DNA of 51,153 nucleotides from Gemmatimonadales bacterium (GTDB lineage: Bacteria > Gemmatimonadota > Gemmatimonadetes > Gemmatimonadales > GWC2-71-9), in NCBI GenBank assembly GCA_039794085.1, contig JBDIWC010000032.1, positions 1 through 51,153 on the forward strand, read 5' to 3'. A model generated the notes under the pieces. It had not been told where the DNA came from, did not search any database, and saw only the letters and a list, made by a program, of their open reading frames with translations. Position numbers and translations under genes: made by a program. Shown one piece after another: positions 1 to 9,028 of the stretch. The stretch's first letter is position 1, and every line of letters begins with the position of its first letter.

Positions 1-331
1 GGGGGGAGAGGTTTTGTGCCTTTTGTGCTTCTTGTGGTTGGCTCTGGGGGGGGGAGAGGTAGAGGTGCTTCGGCTGGACAGGAACCCCTGCCAAAGCCTG
101 AAGAGCCCAACGGTAAAGCGTCTGGTGGACTCGAGTCGCTGCGCGCCGTGACGGGGCAGGGCCTCTGAACCCACCCGAACGAGACCGCGGAGGGAGGCAC
201 ACCGGACCACGAAGGCCAGGTGTCGGGCCGCATCTGGTCTTGGGAGTAGGAACCCCGCAGACCGCGAGCATACCCGGGCAGTATCTGTGGCTCCGAGTGT
301 GTAAGCCTCTTTGGTTCCGGCTCTGCCGGCT
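1..331. repeat. Partial (left end outside window) copy of ~310-bp dispersed element, with a ~200-bp unique internal segment
   Basis: 1-60 matches 2712-2771 (TGTGCCTTTTGTGCTTCTTGTGGTTGGCTCTGGGGG); 312-334 TGGTTCCGGCTCTGCCGGCTTAG identical to the end of the 2533-2852 copy. Confidence 0.85.
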
Positions 332-350
332 TAGGACATAGGCGGGCATC

Positions 351-398
351 GACCACAATCGGTGGTCCTACGTCCTACGTCCTACGTCCTACGTCCTA
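351..398 (-). repeat. (TAGGACG)n heptamer array followed by a GTAG-type REP hairpin
   Basis: Minus strand: TAG GACG x4 starting at the protease stop codon, then GTAG-GACCAC-CGATT-GTGGTC. Confidence 0.8.
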
Positions 399-2108
399 GA
401 AACCGACCGTCACCTCCGGGGAGCACACCGTCGTCCCCGCGTTGCACACCTGGTAGGTGAAGCTGCCGCTCTGGGCCGGGAACTGGTCGGTGAAGCTCCC
501 GTTGTTGGACGTGGTGGCCACCGTGGCACCATTCCGGACGATGTCCACCGAGGACCCCGAGGCGCCGCTCCAGGTGAGGGAAGCGAAGTTCCACTTCTTG
601 TTGGCCCGGGTCGAGACCTCGAGCGTGAACTCGCCGCCGCTGGTGGGTGGGGCGGTGGTGGTGACGTCCTGTGACGTGGCCCCGGTCTTTCCTCCATTGT
701 CGGTGACGGTGAGTGTCACCGTCCGCGTGCCCTCCGACAGGTAGGTCTTGACCGGAGTGGCCCCGGAGCCGGTGGTCCCATCCCCGAAGTTCCAGGCGTG
801 GCTGGAGATCGACCCATCGGGATCGGAGGAACCGGTGCCGTCGAAGGTGCAGGTCAGGTCGGTGCAGGCGAAGGTAAAGGAGGCGATCGGGGCCTGATTC
901 TCCGGGGGCGGGGGAGCGGTTCCCAGGAGGAATCCGCTGAAGAGAAGGCGGTTGGGGGATCCGATTCCGGCGTTGGCCACCTTGCCCAGGGTGGCATTGC
1001 CGGTGATGGTGCCGGCCACCGTGGCCGGGCTCGCATCGGGGCTTCCCTGGAGCACCAGGGCCGCCACACCGGCGACATGCGGGGACGCCATCGACGTGCC
1101 GCTGATGGTGTTGGTGGCGGTGTTGCTGGTGGACCACGCCGAGGTGATGGAACTCCCCGGGGCGAAGAGATCGAGGCAGGTGCCGATGTTCGAGAAGGAG
1201 GACCGGGCGTCGGTGCTGGTGGTCGAGCCGACCGTGAGGGCACTCGGTTCCCGGGCGGGGGACTGGGTGCAGGCGTCGGTGTTGCTGTTGCCCGCCGCCA
1301 CGGCGAAGGTGATGCCGCTGGCGGAGGCGTTGGCCACCGCCTGATCGAGCGCCGAGCTGGCGCCGCCACCCAGGGACATGTTGGCCACAGCGGGCCGGAT
1401 GGCATTGTCCCGTACCCAGTCCACTCCGGCGATCACCCCGCTGGTCGTTCCCGACCCTCGGCAATTGAGCACCCGGACCGCCACCAGGGTCACCCCCTTG
1501 GCGATGCCCCAGGTGGTGCCCCCGACTGTTCCCGCCACGTGAGTGCCATGACCGTTGCAGTCGGTGGTCCCGCGGCCATCGCTGATGGCGGTGAAGCCGG
1601 AGAGGGCACGCCCCCCGAAGTCGATGTGGGTTTGCAGAATTCCCGTGTCGATGATGTAGGCCCGGACTCCGGCCCCGTTCCCCTCATACGAATAGGAGCC
1701 GGAGAGGGGGAGGGATGACTGGTCGACGCGATCGAGGCCCCAGGTGGCGTTGCTCTGGGTCGTGAGATCGATGGACATCACCTGGTCCGTCTCAATGAAG
1801 GCCACGTTCGGGTTCCGGGCCATGCCCTCGATCGCCGCCTCGGGGAATGATCCCGCAAACCCTTTGATGGCATAGTGATAGATGAAAGTTGGTGAGCGGC
1901 CGGCGCTGGCTGCCAGCTGCCGCGCCAAGCCCGCCGGGTCCGCCACACTGTTCTGGAACACGACGATCACGGCCCTCTCCTGGCCGGAAGCCCCGACGTT
2001 GAGCTGTGGCTGACTTTCGGGGGCGGGGTCGGTGGATCGGGTGACCTCGCCACAGGCGGTGCCCAGGAGGGTGAGGAGGGCCACGCCAACTGCCGGATGG
2101 AATCGCAT
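396..2108 (-). CDS. S8 subtilisin/aqualysin-like serine protease with I9 propeptide and PKD domain, probable lipoprotein
   Basis: Catalytic motifs [35 protein letters not shown] motif; lipobox LGTAC; ATG at 2108 preceded by GAGG. Confidence 0.93.
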   Translation of the reverse strand: MRFHPAVGVALLTLLGTACGEVTRSTDPAPESQPQLNVGASGQERAVIVVFQNSVADPAGLARQLAASAGRSPTFIYHYAIKGFAGSFPEAAIEGMARNPNVAFIETDQVMSIDLTTQSNATWGLDRVDQSSLPLSGSYSYEGNGAGVRAYIIDTGILQTHIDFGGRALSGFTAISDGRGTTDCNGHGTHVAGTVGGTTWGIAKGVTLVAVRVLNCRGSGTTSGVIAGVDWVRDNAIRPAVANMSLGGGASSALDQAVANASASGITFAVAAGNSNTDACTQSPAREPSALTVGSTTSTDARSSFSNIGTCLDLFAPGSSITSAWSTSNTATNTISGTSMASPHVAGVAALVLQGSPDASPATVAGTITGNATLGKVANAGIGSPNRLLFSGFLLGTAPPPPENQAPIASFTFACTDLTCTFDGTGSSDPDGSISSHAWNFGDGTTGSGATPVKTYLSEGTRTVTLTVTDNGGKTGATSQDVTTTAPPTSGGEFTLEVSTRANKKWNFASLTWSGASGSSVDIVRNGATVATTSNNGSFTDQFPAQSGSFTYQVCNAGTTVCSPEVTVGF

Positions 2109-2206
2109 TCTCGGACCTCTCAGGGATGGGGAAGGGGAGGGGGCCCCGGTACACCCCGGGCAACTTCCCCTGACACTCATCTTGTGGATCGCAATGGATC
2201 ACTCCT

Positions 2207-2234
2207 ATCTATCGGTTTGACCGGGGGCTGTCAA
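2207..2234 (-). promoter_or_regulatory. Putative sigma70 promoter of the protease with overlapping palindrome TTGAC-N8-GTCAA
   Basis: Minus-strand TTGACA (2229-2234), 17 nt, TAGATA; palindrome at 2217-2234. Confidence 0.45.
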
Positions 2235-2256
2235 TAGGATGACGGCCCTGCACCCC

Positions 2257-2403
2257 GTCATCGCGAGGCGACTCGCTCCACTCTCCCCCCGGGAGAGGGG
2301 CCGGGGGTGAGGGCTCCGGCATGAAGGCCGTCATCGCCCCCTTCGTCACCCTTCGAACTTCAAACTTCGAACTTCAAACTTCCCTCCGGGCCCTCGCGAT
2401 GAC
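2257..2403. repeat. Composite palindromic repeat: GTCATCGCGAGG...CCTCGCGATGAC arms enclosing a CCCTCACCCCCGGCCCCTCTCCC-type repeat and a (CTTCRAA)n array
   Basis: 12-bp perfect IR at 2257-2268/2392-2403; 2291-2313 is the exact reverse complement of 9029-9051. Confidence 0.75.
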
Positions 2404-2432
2404 GGCACCCCCATGGGCCCTCGCGCCGGCTC

Positions 2433-2530
2433 AGGACATAGAAGACAGGACATAGAAGACAGGACATGGAAGACAGGACATAGAAGACAGGACATAGAAG
2501 ACAGGACATAGAAGACAGGACATAGAAGAT
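2433..2530. repeat. Tandem repeat (AGGACATAGAAGAC)x7, a dimer of heptamers
   Basis: Seven 14-bp units with two single-base variants. Confidence 0.95.
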
Positions 2531-2532
2531 AG

Positions 2533-2852
2533 TCCCTTACGGACAAGATTGAACGCAAGACGGCAACAATATTGTGGGCGACTCCCGACCCCCCCCGCCG
2601 ACCGTTCGGGTCACGGCGATCGCACCGGCAGCGCCGTGCAAGGGGAATGGCCACAAAAAGCACAGAAGTCACAAGAGGCACACCTCGGTGCGCCTGGGGT
2701 CCCACCAGGGGCGAGAGAGGTTTCTGTGCCTTTTGTGCTTCTTGTGGTTGGCTCTGGGGGTGGGGAGAGGTACTCGGGCAGGACCGGAACCCATGCCGAA
2801 GAAACCCCACGCGCGACCCCGAGGCGCCTCTGTGGTTCCGGCTCTGCCGGCT
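2533..2852. mobile_element. ~320-bp non-autonomous dispersed element flanked by TAG, no terminal IR
   Basis: Homologous end to end with 38166-38472; begins TCCCTTACGGACAAGATTGAAC, ends GGTTCCGGCTCTGCCGGCT; TAG on both sides; internal 9-mer periodic inverted arms. Confidence 0.75.
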
Positions 2853-2895
2853 TAGGAAATAGAAGATAGGAAATAGAACATGGCGGGTTCAAGTA

Positions 2896-2972
2896 CCTAA
2901 GTCCTAAGTCCTGGGTCCTCTGCCCTAAGTCCTGGGTCCTACGTCCTAGGTACTACGTCCTCCGTCCTCCAT
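2896..2972. repeat. Degenerate (CCTAAGT/CCTACGT/CCTGGGT)n heptamer array
   Basis: About 11 units with period 7. Confidence 0.85.
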
Positions 2973-2981
2973 CCCATCCCT

Positions 2982-3300
2982 TGTGGAAAACTGTTCTCCA
3001 CATTCTCAAATACCCCTACCTGCCACTCCCACAACGGCTTCCGCATCTCACAGCGCTTTTCCTCTCCACATGCGTCCGAATGGTCCGGCTGTGACAAAAG
3101 CTTGGGCTTTGACGGTTCCCAGCAATGTGGAATCTGTGGTTTTTCAACAGGTGGAAACGTGGAATATTGTCGAGATGGCCGCCTAAACCATCTCAGGGAA
3201 CAGACTTGGAATTCTAGATCGTTTTCCACATATAGAAAAAATTCCAACTTTTTATTTCACAATGTATTAACACACACACTTCATGTGGAAAATTACGATT
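2982..3300. other. DnaA-box cluster with AT-rich segment, candidate replication origin (oriC)
   Basis: Perfect TTWTNCACA at 2982-2990(-), 3222-3230(+), 3284-3292(-); one-mismatch boxes at 2994, 3090, 3141, 3253; AT-rich 3231-3270 in a GC-rich genome; no credible ORF. Confidence 0.72.
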
Positions 3301-3443
3301 GTGACAGTGTCGTTCGGAGCCTTTTTGAACCTCTTCAGGCCCAAATGGATCCTTGGATGGAGGCCGTTTGACCCTTCGCGGCTTCCTGGGTAGATTGGCG
3401 CAGCTCCACGAGCCCTCTTGGCAACTTCCCCCGGAGTTTCACC

Positions 3444-4859
3444 ATGGACGACCCGGTTCAGCGAATGATCGATCTCTTGGGCGGGGGGGTCTCCCTGTCC
3501 GGTCCCGGTGTTCAAATTCACGACCCCTCCCGCCTCGGGACCGAGGCGATGGACACCCTCGTTCGGGAGGCGGTCTTCGGTGAACCGGACACCCGGGAGG
3601 CGGCCCGGTGGCTCCTCTGGGAGCTTGGCCAGGCCATCGGGGTGCGGCCTGCCTCCATCAACGACCTCTACATGGCCCGGGGCCGCGGAGAGTGTTCCGG
3701 GTTCACCGTCCCCGCCATCAACATCCGGATGCTGGCGTACGACACCGCACGGGCGGTCTTCCGGGCTGCCCTGGCCCGGGATGCCGGAGCGATCATTCTG
3801 GAGATCGCCCGGTCCGAGATCGCCTACACCGACCAGCGGCCCGCCGAATACGTCTCCGTCCTCCTGGGCGCCGCTCTCCGGGAGGGGTACCGTCTCCCGC
3901 TCTTCATCCAGGGCGACCACTGCCAGGTCAACGCCAAGAAGTACGCCTTGGACCCCGAAGGCGAAGTCGGGGAGGTCAAGAAACTTATCGCTGAGGAAGT
4001 CGCCTCCGGCTTCTACAACATCGATGTGGATACCTCCACCCTGGTCGACCTTTCCCACGAGACCCTGGCCGAGCAGCAGCGGACCAACTACGAGCGAGCG
4101 GCGGAGATCACCGCCTTCATCCGGGACCGGGAACCCGAGGGTGTCACCGTGTCGGTGGGGGCGGAAATCGGTGAGGTCGGGACCAAGAACAGCACGGTGG
4201 AGGAACTCCGGGCCTTCATGACCGGCTTCGAAAAGGCCCTGCCGCGGCTCGGTCCTCATGTGGGGATCAGCAAGATCTCGGTCCAGACCGGGACCAGTCA
4301 CGGCGGGGTGGTCCTCCCCGACGGGTCGATCGCCGAGGTGAAGCTCGACATCGACGCCCTCGCCGACCTGAGCCGGGTGGCCCGGACCGAATACGGTCTC
4401 GCCGGCGCGGTGCAGCATGGGGCGAGCACCCTTCCGTCCAACGCCTTCGGGAACTTCCCCCGGGTGGAAACGGCCGAGATCCACCTGGCCACCAACTTCC
4501 AGAACATCGTCTTCGACCATCCCGCACTCCCCCAGGATCTCCGGAAGGAAGTGGCCGACTGGCTCGAGGCCAATGCGCAGGGGGATCGGAAGAGCGGCGA
4601 CACGACCGAGCAGTTCCTCTACCGGGCCCGGAAGAAGGCCATCGGACCGTACAAGCGCCGATTCTGGGATCTCCCCGCCTCGGTGCGGAACGCCATGGCC
4701 GCGGACCTGGAACAGACCTTCGGGTTTCTCTTTGACCAGCTGGCCGTGGGCGGCACGGTGGAACTCGTCCGCCGTACCATCACTGCCCCGGTGCAGCATC
4801 ACGCCACGCTCCGGAAGGTCACGGCCTCGGCCGAGGACGATCCGGACGCGGGAGAGTAG
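3444..4859 (+). CDS. Class II fructose-bisphosphate aldolase family protein
   Basis: Motifs VPAINIR, FIQGDH, AEIGEVG, SVQTGTSHGG, VQHGAS. Confidence 0.88.
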   Translation: MDDPVQRMIDLLGGGVSLSGPGVQIHDPSRLGTEAMDTLVREAVFGEPDTREAARWLLWELGQAIGVRPASINDLYMARGRGECSGFTVPAINIRMLAYDTARAVFRAALARDAGAIILEIARSEIAYTDQRPAEYVSVLLGAALREGYRLPLFIQGDHCQVNAKKYALDPEGEVGEVKKLIAEEVASGFYNIDVDTSTLVDLSHETLAEQQRTNYERAAEITAFIRDREPEGVTVSVGAEIGEVGTKNSTVEELRAFMTGFEKALPRLGPHVGISKISVQTGTSHGGVVLPDGSIAEVKLDIDALADLSRVARTEYGLAGAVQHGASTLPSNAFGNFPRVETAEIHLATNFQNIVFDHPALPQDLRKEVADWLEANAQGDRKSGDTTEQFLYRARKKAIGPYKRRFWDLPASVRNAMAADLEQTFGFLFDQLAVGGTVELVRRTITAPVQHHATLRKVTASAEDDPDAGE

Positions 4860-4986
4860 GGGCGCCGCTTGCGGCGCCAGGGCCCGGGAAATCAGGAACG
4901 CAACGTCCGGAGCCCCGGGGTGAGGGGTGCGAACGCGATATTGGCAGGGCACCGCGTGCGGCGCCCATTCACTGGAGGATCAAATT

Positions 4987-5391
4987 ATGACCGACCATGA
5001 GGACGTCATCGTGGTGGAACGCGAGGGTGAGGGGAGCCACTCCCTCGGCTGGTTCCTTCTCGGTGCGGTTCTGGGGGCTGGGGCCGCGCTGTTGCTGGCC
5101 CCCCAGACCGGTCCGGAAACGCGCCGGGCGATCCGGAACCGCGCGCTGAAGGTGAAGGATTTCGCGGATGAGAAGCTCCAGACTCTGCGGGAAACCCTCG
5201 GTGCCGACGAGGATGAGGAAGAGGAGGGGGGCGACGAGGCCGAGTCTGCTCCGGCACGGGTGGGCCGGGGAGGCCGGACCGGGGCCGCCCGCGAAGAGCT
5301 GGAACGGAGGCTTGCCCGGGCCCGCGCCCGCCGCCGGGCCGCCCGGGAGGAGGAAGAAGGGGACGACGACGACGAGGAACCGGTCGCCTGA
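4987..5391 (+). CDS. YtxH domain-containing protein
   Basis: FLLGAVLGAGAALLLAPQTGPETR motif; GGAGGA RBS before ATG 4987. Confidence 0.88.
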   Translation: MTDHEDVIVVEREGEGSHSLGWFLLGAVLGAGAALLLAPQTGPETRRAIRNRALKVKDFADEKLQTLRETLGADEDEEEEGGDEAESAPARVGRGGRTGAAREELERRLARARARRRAAREEEEGDDDDEEPVA

Positions 5392-6311
5392 CGCCGGTCC
5401 CCCCGGCCCACCAGCGCCTGGCCGGCTTCATCCGCCGGACCGCTGACGGTGCCCACGAGAACAACCTCCCGTTCCTGTCGAGCGCCCTGACGTTCGACGC
5501 GATCATGGCCTTCATCCCCCTGACCCTGCTGATCCTCCTGAGTGTCAGCACCGTGGTGACCGGGGCGCTGGGGTCGGGTGCCGATGCGAGCCGGTTGCTG
5601 GAGTTTCTCCTCCCGCCGCACCAGACACCCGGTGGCCGCGATCCCCTGGCGGGGGCGGAGGTGCTCCTGGCGCGAATCGCCGAGCAGCGGACCCGGCTCT
5701 CGCTGGTGGCGCTCCCGCTCTTTCTCTGGTTCTCGACCCGGCTCTTCAGTTCGATCCGGGGGTCGCTGAATCTGATCTACGGCGCCCAGGCGGGCCAGCC
5801 CTCGGGGGGCATGGTTCTTCGCTACCTCCAGGGCAAGCTGCGGGACCTCGGCATGGTCCTCGCCGTCATCGTGCTGGCCCTGGTGCACACGATTCTGAGC
5901 AGCGGGCTCGCGATCCTCCGGTCCCGGGGCACGGCGTCGTCGCCCGCCCTCGCGCCGTTCGTCACCACGGCCTTTCCGGTGATCTGGCAACTTCTCGCCT
6001 TCCTGCTTCTCGTCACCCTCTTTCTGCTCCTCTACCGGTACGCTTCCTTTCGGCGTCTGGAGTGGCGAGGAGCGATCATTGCCTCCATCTTCAGTGCGAC
6101 CGCCTTCGAGATCGCCAAGCGCCTCTTCGGGTTGTATCTGACCCGGGTGGTGTCGCTGGAGCGGATGTCGCTCGATGCGAACATCGGGGCCATCATCCTG
6201 GCCATGCTCTGGATGTGGTACACCGCCTTCGTCTTTCTGCTCGGCGCCGTCGTGGCCGATACCTGGGAGCACCCGGACCGTCCCCACCGGGCTCCGCCCA
6301 TACCTGTCTGA
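5388..6311 (+). CDS. YihY/virulence factor BrkB family membrane protein (probable CTG start; first ATG at 5505)
   Basis: Multi-TM protein with FEIAKRLFGLY and MLWMWYTAFVFLLGA motifs; in-frame YihY-like N-terminus upstream of 5505. Confidence 0.85.
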   Translation: MTPVPPAHQRLAGFIRRTADGAHENNLPFLSSALTFDAIMAFIPLTLLILLSVSTVVTGALGSGADASRLLEFLLPPHQTPGGRDPLAGAEVLLARIAEQRTRLSLVALPLFLWFSTRLFSSIRGSLNLIYGAQAGQPSGGMVLRYLQGKLRDLGMVLAVIVLALVHTILSSGLAILRSRGTASSPALAPFVTTAFPVIWQLLAFLLLVTLFLLLYRYASFRRLEWRGAIIASIFSATAFEIAKRLFGLYLTRVVSLERMSLDANIGAIILAMLWMWYTAFVFLLGAVVADTWEHPDRPHRAPPIPV

Positions 6312-6322
6312 AGGAATTCCCG

Positions 6323-9022
6323 ATGCGTCGTCGTTTCCTCTGGCTGCTCTCCCTGGTTCTCCTCACCACACCCCTCGCGGCGCAGACCGGCTTCGACTGG
6401 TACAGCCGGGGTCCCTACCGTGCCACGGTGCCCCGCCCCGACAGCCTTCTGGGCCATCGGATCGGGAGCAGGCACACGATGTTCCACGAGCAGCAGGGAG
6501 TCCTGGATCGGCTGATCGCGGCCTCCCCCGACCGGGTGCGCACCGAGGTCATCGGGCGCACGGCGGAGGGCCGGGTGATGCGCATCCTCCTGATCAGCAG
6601 CCCCGCCAACCTGGCCCGTCTCGACGCGATCCGCGCCGATCTCGACCGGCTGGCCGATCCGCGGGTCACCACGGCGGCCCAGGCGGCGGAGATCGCCGAG
6701 CGGATACCGGCCCCGATCCTCCTCACCCACTCGATCCATGGGAATGAGCCCTCGGGTTTCGAAACGGTGATGATGACGGCCTACCACCTGCTGGCGTCGG
6801 AGAACCCGGAGACGGTGGACATCCTCGACAAGGTCATCGTCATCCTGAACCCCACCCAGAATCCCGACGGGCACGAGCGGTTTGCCGCCTGGTCCAACTC
6901 GGTGGCGGTGGGATCCGACGACCCGGCCGCCCTGGAACAGAGCGAGCCGTGGAGCATCCAGGGGAGGTTCAACCACTACCGGTTCGACATGAACCGGGAC
7001 TTCGTGGCCCAGTCCCAACTGGAAACGCAGGCCCTCCTGCGCGCCGTGCTGCGCTGGCGGCCCCAGGTGGTGGTCGACCTGCACAGCACCACGAGCCAGT
7101 TCTTCTTCCCTCCCACGGCCAAGCCGATGAACGTCAACGTGGGTCCGCTGCAGTCCAAGTGGGAGGAACGCTTCGGGCGCGCCAACGCCGGGGCGTTCGA
7201 CCGGCAGGGGTGGCAATACTACGTGCGGGACATCTTCGACTACTTCTACCCGGGATACGTGGACCTGTGGCCCTCGCTGAGCGGAGCCACCGGGATGACC
7301 TACGAGACCGACGGGGGCCCCGAACTCCGTCTCCGCAAGGACGACGGCACCGTGATGACGTTCGAAATGGGGATCGCGCACCATTTCGTGGCCTCGATCG
7401 TCACCATCGCGACCCTGGCCGGCTCGAAGGCCGAGCGGCTGCGGGACTATCACCAGTTTCGGGCCGAGGGCATGGCGGAGGCGCGGACCCGGCGGATGCA
7501 ACGCGTGGTGGTGGCGCCGGGGCGGGACCCGGGACACACCCTCCGGGTGATGCAGCTCCTCGCCGGCCAGGAGATCGAGGTGACCCGCACCACGGCGGAG
7601 TTCTCCAGTGCCACGGCGCACGACTACCTGCGCGGCACCACGGGCCGGCGCACCTTTCCCGCCGGAAGCTACGTCATCGACCTGGCCCAGCCCAATGCCC
7701 GCCTCGCCACGGCGCTGCTGGAACCCGAGGCCCTGCTGGACAGCGCCTTCGCCCGGGTTCAGGTGGAGCGGTTCGAACGGAACCGCCGCCGGGGGGCGAG
7801 CGCCTCGCGCGAGGGCTACGAGTTCTATGACCTGACCGCCTGGTCCCTCCCGCTCACCCACGGGCTCGACGCGTGGTGGACCGAGGAGGCCCCCGCGGTG
7901 CCCGGCACGCCGGTGACCGTCCGGGATCGTCTGGATCGGGGAGCGGCACCCGGCCGGGCCCGGTCTGCCTATCTCTTCCCTGCCGGCGAGATGGCCTCCA
8001 GCCGTCTCGCGATGATGCTGCTCCGGGAGGGGTTCACCGTGGGCGTGGCGCGGGAACCGATCGAGGCCGACGGGACGGTGCACGCCCGGGGCACCTACGT
8101 GGTGCGCATCCAACGGAACGACACCACGGTTCATGCGCGCATCGCGGCGCTCGCGTCCGGAACCGGCGCTCTGGTGACGGCGGTGCAGTCCGCCTGGCCC
8201 GCCACCCTGCAGTTCGGGGTGGGGAGCGAGGTGGTGACACCGCTCCGGGCGCCCCGGATCCTGCTGGCCGCGGGCGATGGCGTGTCCCAGACCTCCTTCG
8301 GGGACGTCTGGTTCTGGCTCGAACGGGAGCTGGAGGTGCCGGTGGTCCCGGTGGACCTGGCCGCCCTGGGCCGGGTGGACCTGTCCGACTACAACGTCCT
8401 CCTCATTCCGGACGGTTCGGCGGGACGCCTGGCGGGCCAGATCGGTGGCTCGGCGGAGCGGCTGGCCCAGTGGGTCCGCGAGGGAGGGGCCATCATCGGG
8501 TTCAGCGGGATCGCGGACCTCCTCTCCCGCAAGGAACTCGGCCTCACGACCGTCGCCTCGATTGGCACCGACACCAACGGGGAGAAAAAGGCCGCCGCGT
8601 CCGACACCGTCCTCAGCCCGGGGACCACGCGGGGCCCGCCTCTCGTGTCGGAAACCGCTCCGGGATCCACTCAGCCGGAACGGGTTCCCGGAATCATCGC
8701 CCGGGCCACCCTGGACCCGACGCATTGGCTCACCTTCGGCTATCAGGGAGAGCACCTCGCGGTACCGGTGAGCGGCGGATTCCTTGCTCCCTCGAAGCGG
8801 GGGGACAACCCCGTGGTGATCGTCGGGGAGGACGCGCTCCTGGCCGGGTTCGCCTGGCCCGGCAACACCGAGCGGTTGCTCGCCGGGTCGACCTGGGCCT
8901 CGGTGGAGAACGTGGGACGGGGGACCGTGGTCCTCTTCGCCAACAATCCCCTCTTCCGCGCGTTCTGGCGGGGAACCGCCGGACTGGTGGCGAATGCGAT
9001 CCTGATGGGACCGGGACGATGA
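6323..9022 (+). CDS. Secreted M14 family zinc carboxypeptidase
   Basis: Signal peptide; IHGNEPSG, NPDG, DMNRD, VDLH motifs; AAGGA RBS before ATG 6323. Confidence 0.9.
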   Translation: MRRRFLWLLSLVLLTTPLAAQTGFDWYSRGPYRATVPRPDSLLGHRIGSRHTMFHEQQGVLDRLIAASPDRVRTEVIGRTAEGRVMRILLISSPANLARLDAIRADLDRLADPRVTTAAQAAEIAERIPAPILLTHSIHGNEPSGFETVMMTAYHLLASENPETVDILDKVIVILNPTQNPDGHERFAAWSNSVAVGSDDPAALEQSEPWSIQGRFNHYRFDMNRDFVAQSQLETQALLRAVLRWRPQVVVDLHSTTSQFFFPPTAKPMNVNVGPLQSKWEERFGRANAGAFDRQGWQYYVRDIFDYFYPGYVDLWPSLSGATGMTYETDGGPELRLRKDDGTVMTFEMGIAHHFVASIVTIATLAGSKAERLRDYHQFRAEGMAEARTRRMQRVVVAPGRDPGHTLRVMQLLAGQEIEVTRTTAEFSSATAHDYLRGTTGRRTFPAGSYVIDLAQPNARLATALLEPEALLDSAFARVQVERFERNRRRGASASREGYEFYDLTAWSLPLTHGLDAWWTEEAPAVPGTPVTVRDRLDRGAAPGRARSAYLFPAGEMASSRLAMMLLREGFTVGVAREPIEADGTVHARGTYVVRIQRNDTTVHARIAALASGTGALVTAVQSAWPATLQFGVGSEVVTPLRAPRILLAAGDGVSQTSFGDVWFWLERELEVPVVPVDLAALGRVDLSDYNVLLIPDGSAGRLAGQIGGSAERLAQWVREGGAIIGFSGIADLLSRKELGLTTVASIGTDTNGEKKAAASDTVLSPGTTRGPPLVSETAPGSTQPERVPGIIARATLDPTHWLTFGYQGEHLAVPVSGGFLAPSKRGDNPVVIVGEDALLAGFAWPGNTERLLAGSTWASVENVGRGTVVLFANNPLFRAFWRGTAGLVANAILMGPGR

Positions 9023-9028
9023 ACAGCG

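Noticed and set aside
2433..2530. Possible CRISPR array
   Set aside because: Contiguous 14-bp tandem units with no spacers; no cas genes in the window.
2346..3371. Short ORFs across the repeat/oriC region (also 15304-15994, 37265-37717, 38170-38542)
   Set aside because: Translations of repeats (low-complexity LCPVF, QKAQK, FELRTS); no RBS or family motifs.
6032..8755. Long antisense ORFs (also 21315-23669, 27017-29884, 41292-43502)
   Set aside because: Shadow frames of well-supported genes in high-GC DNA.
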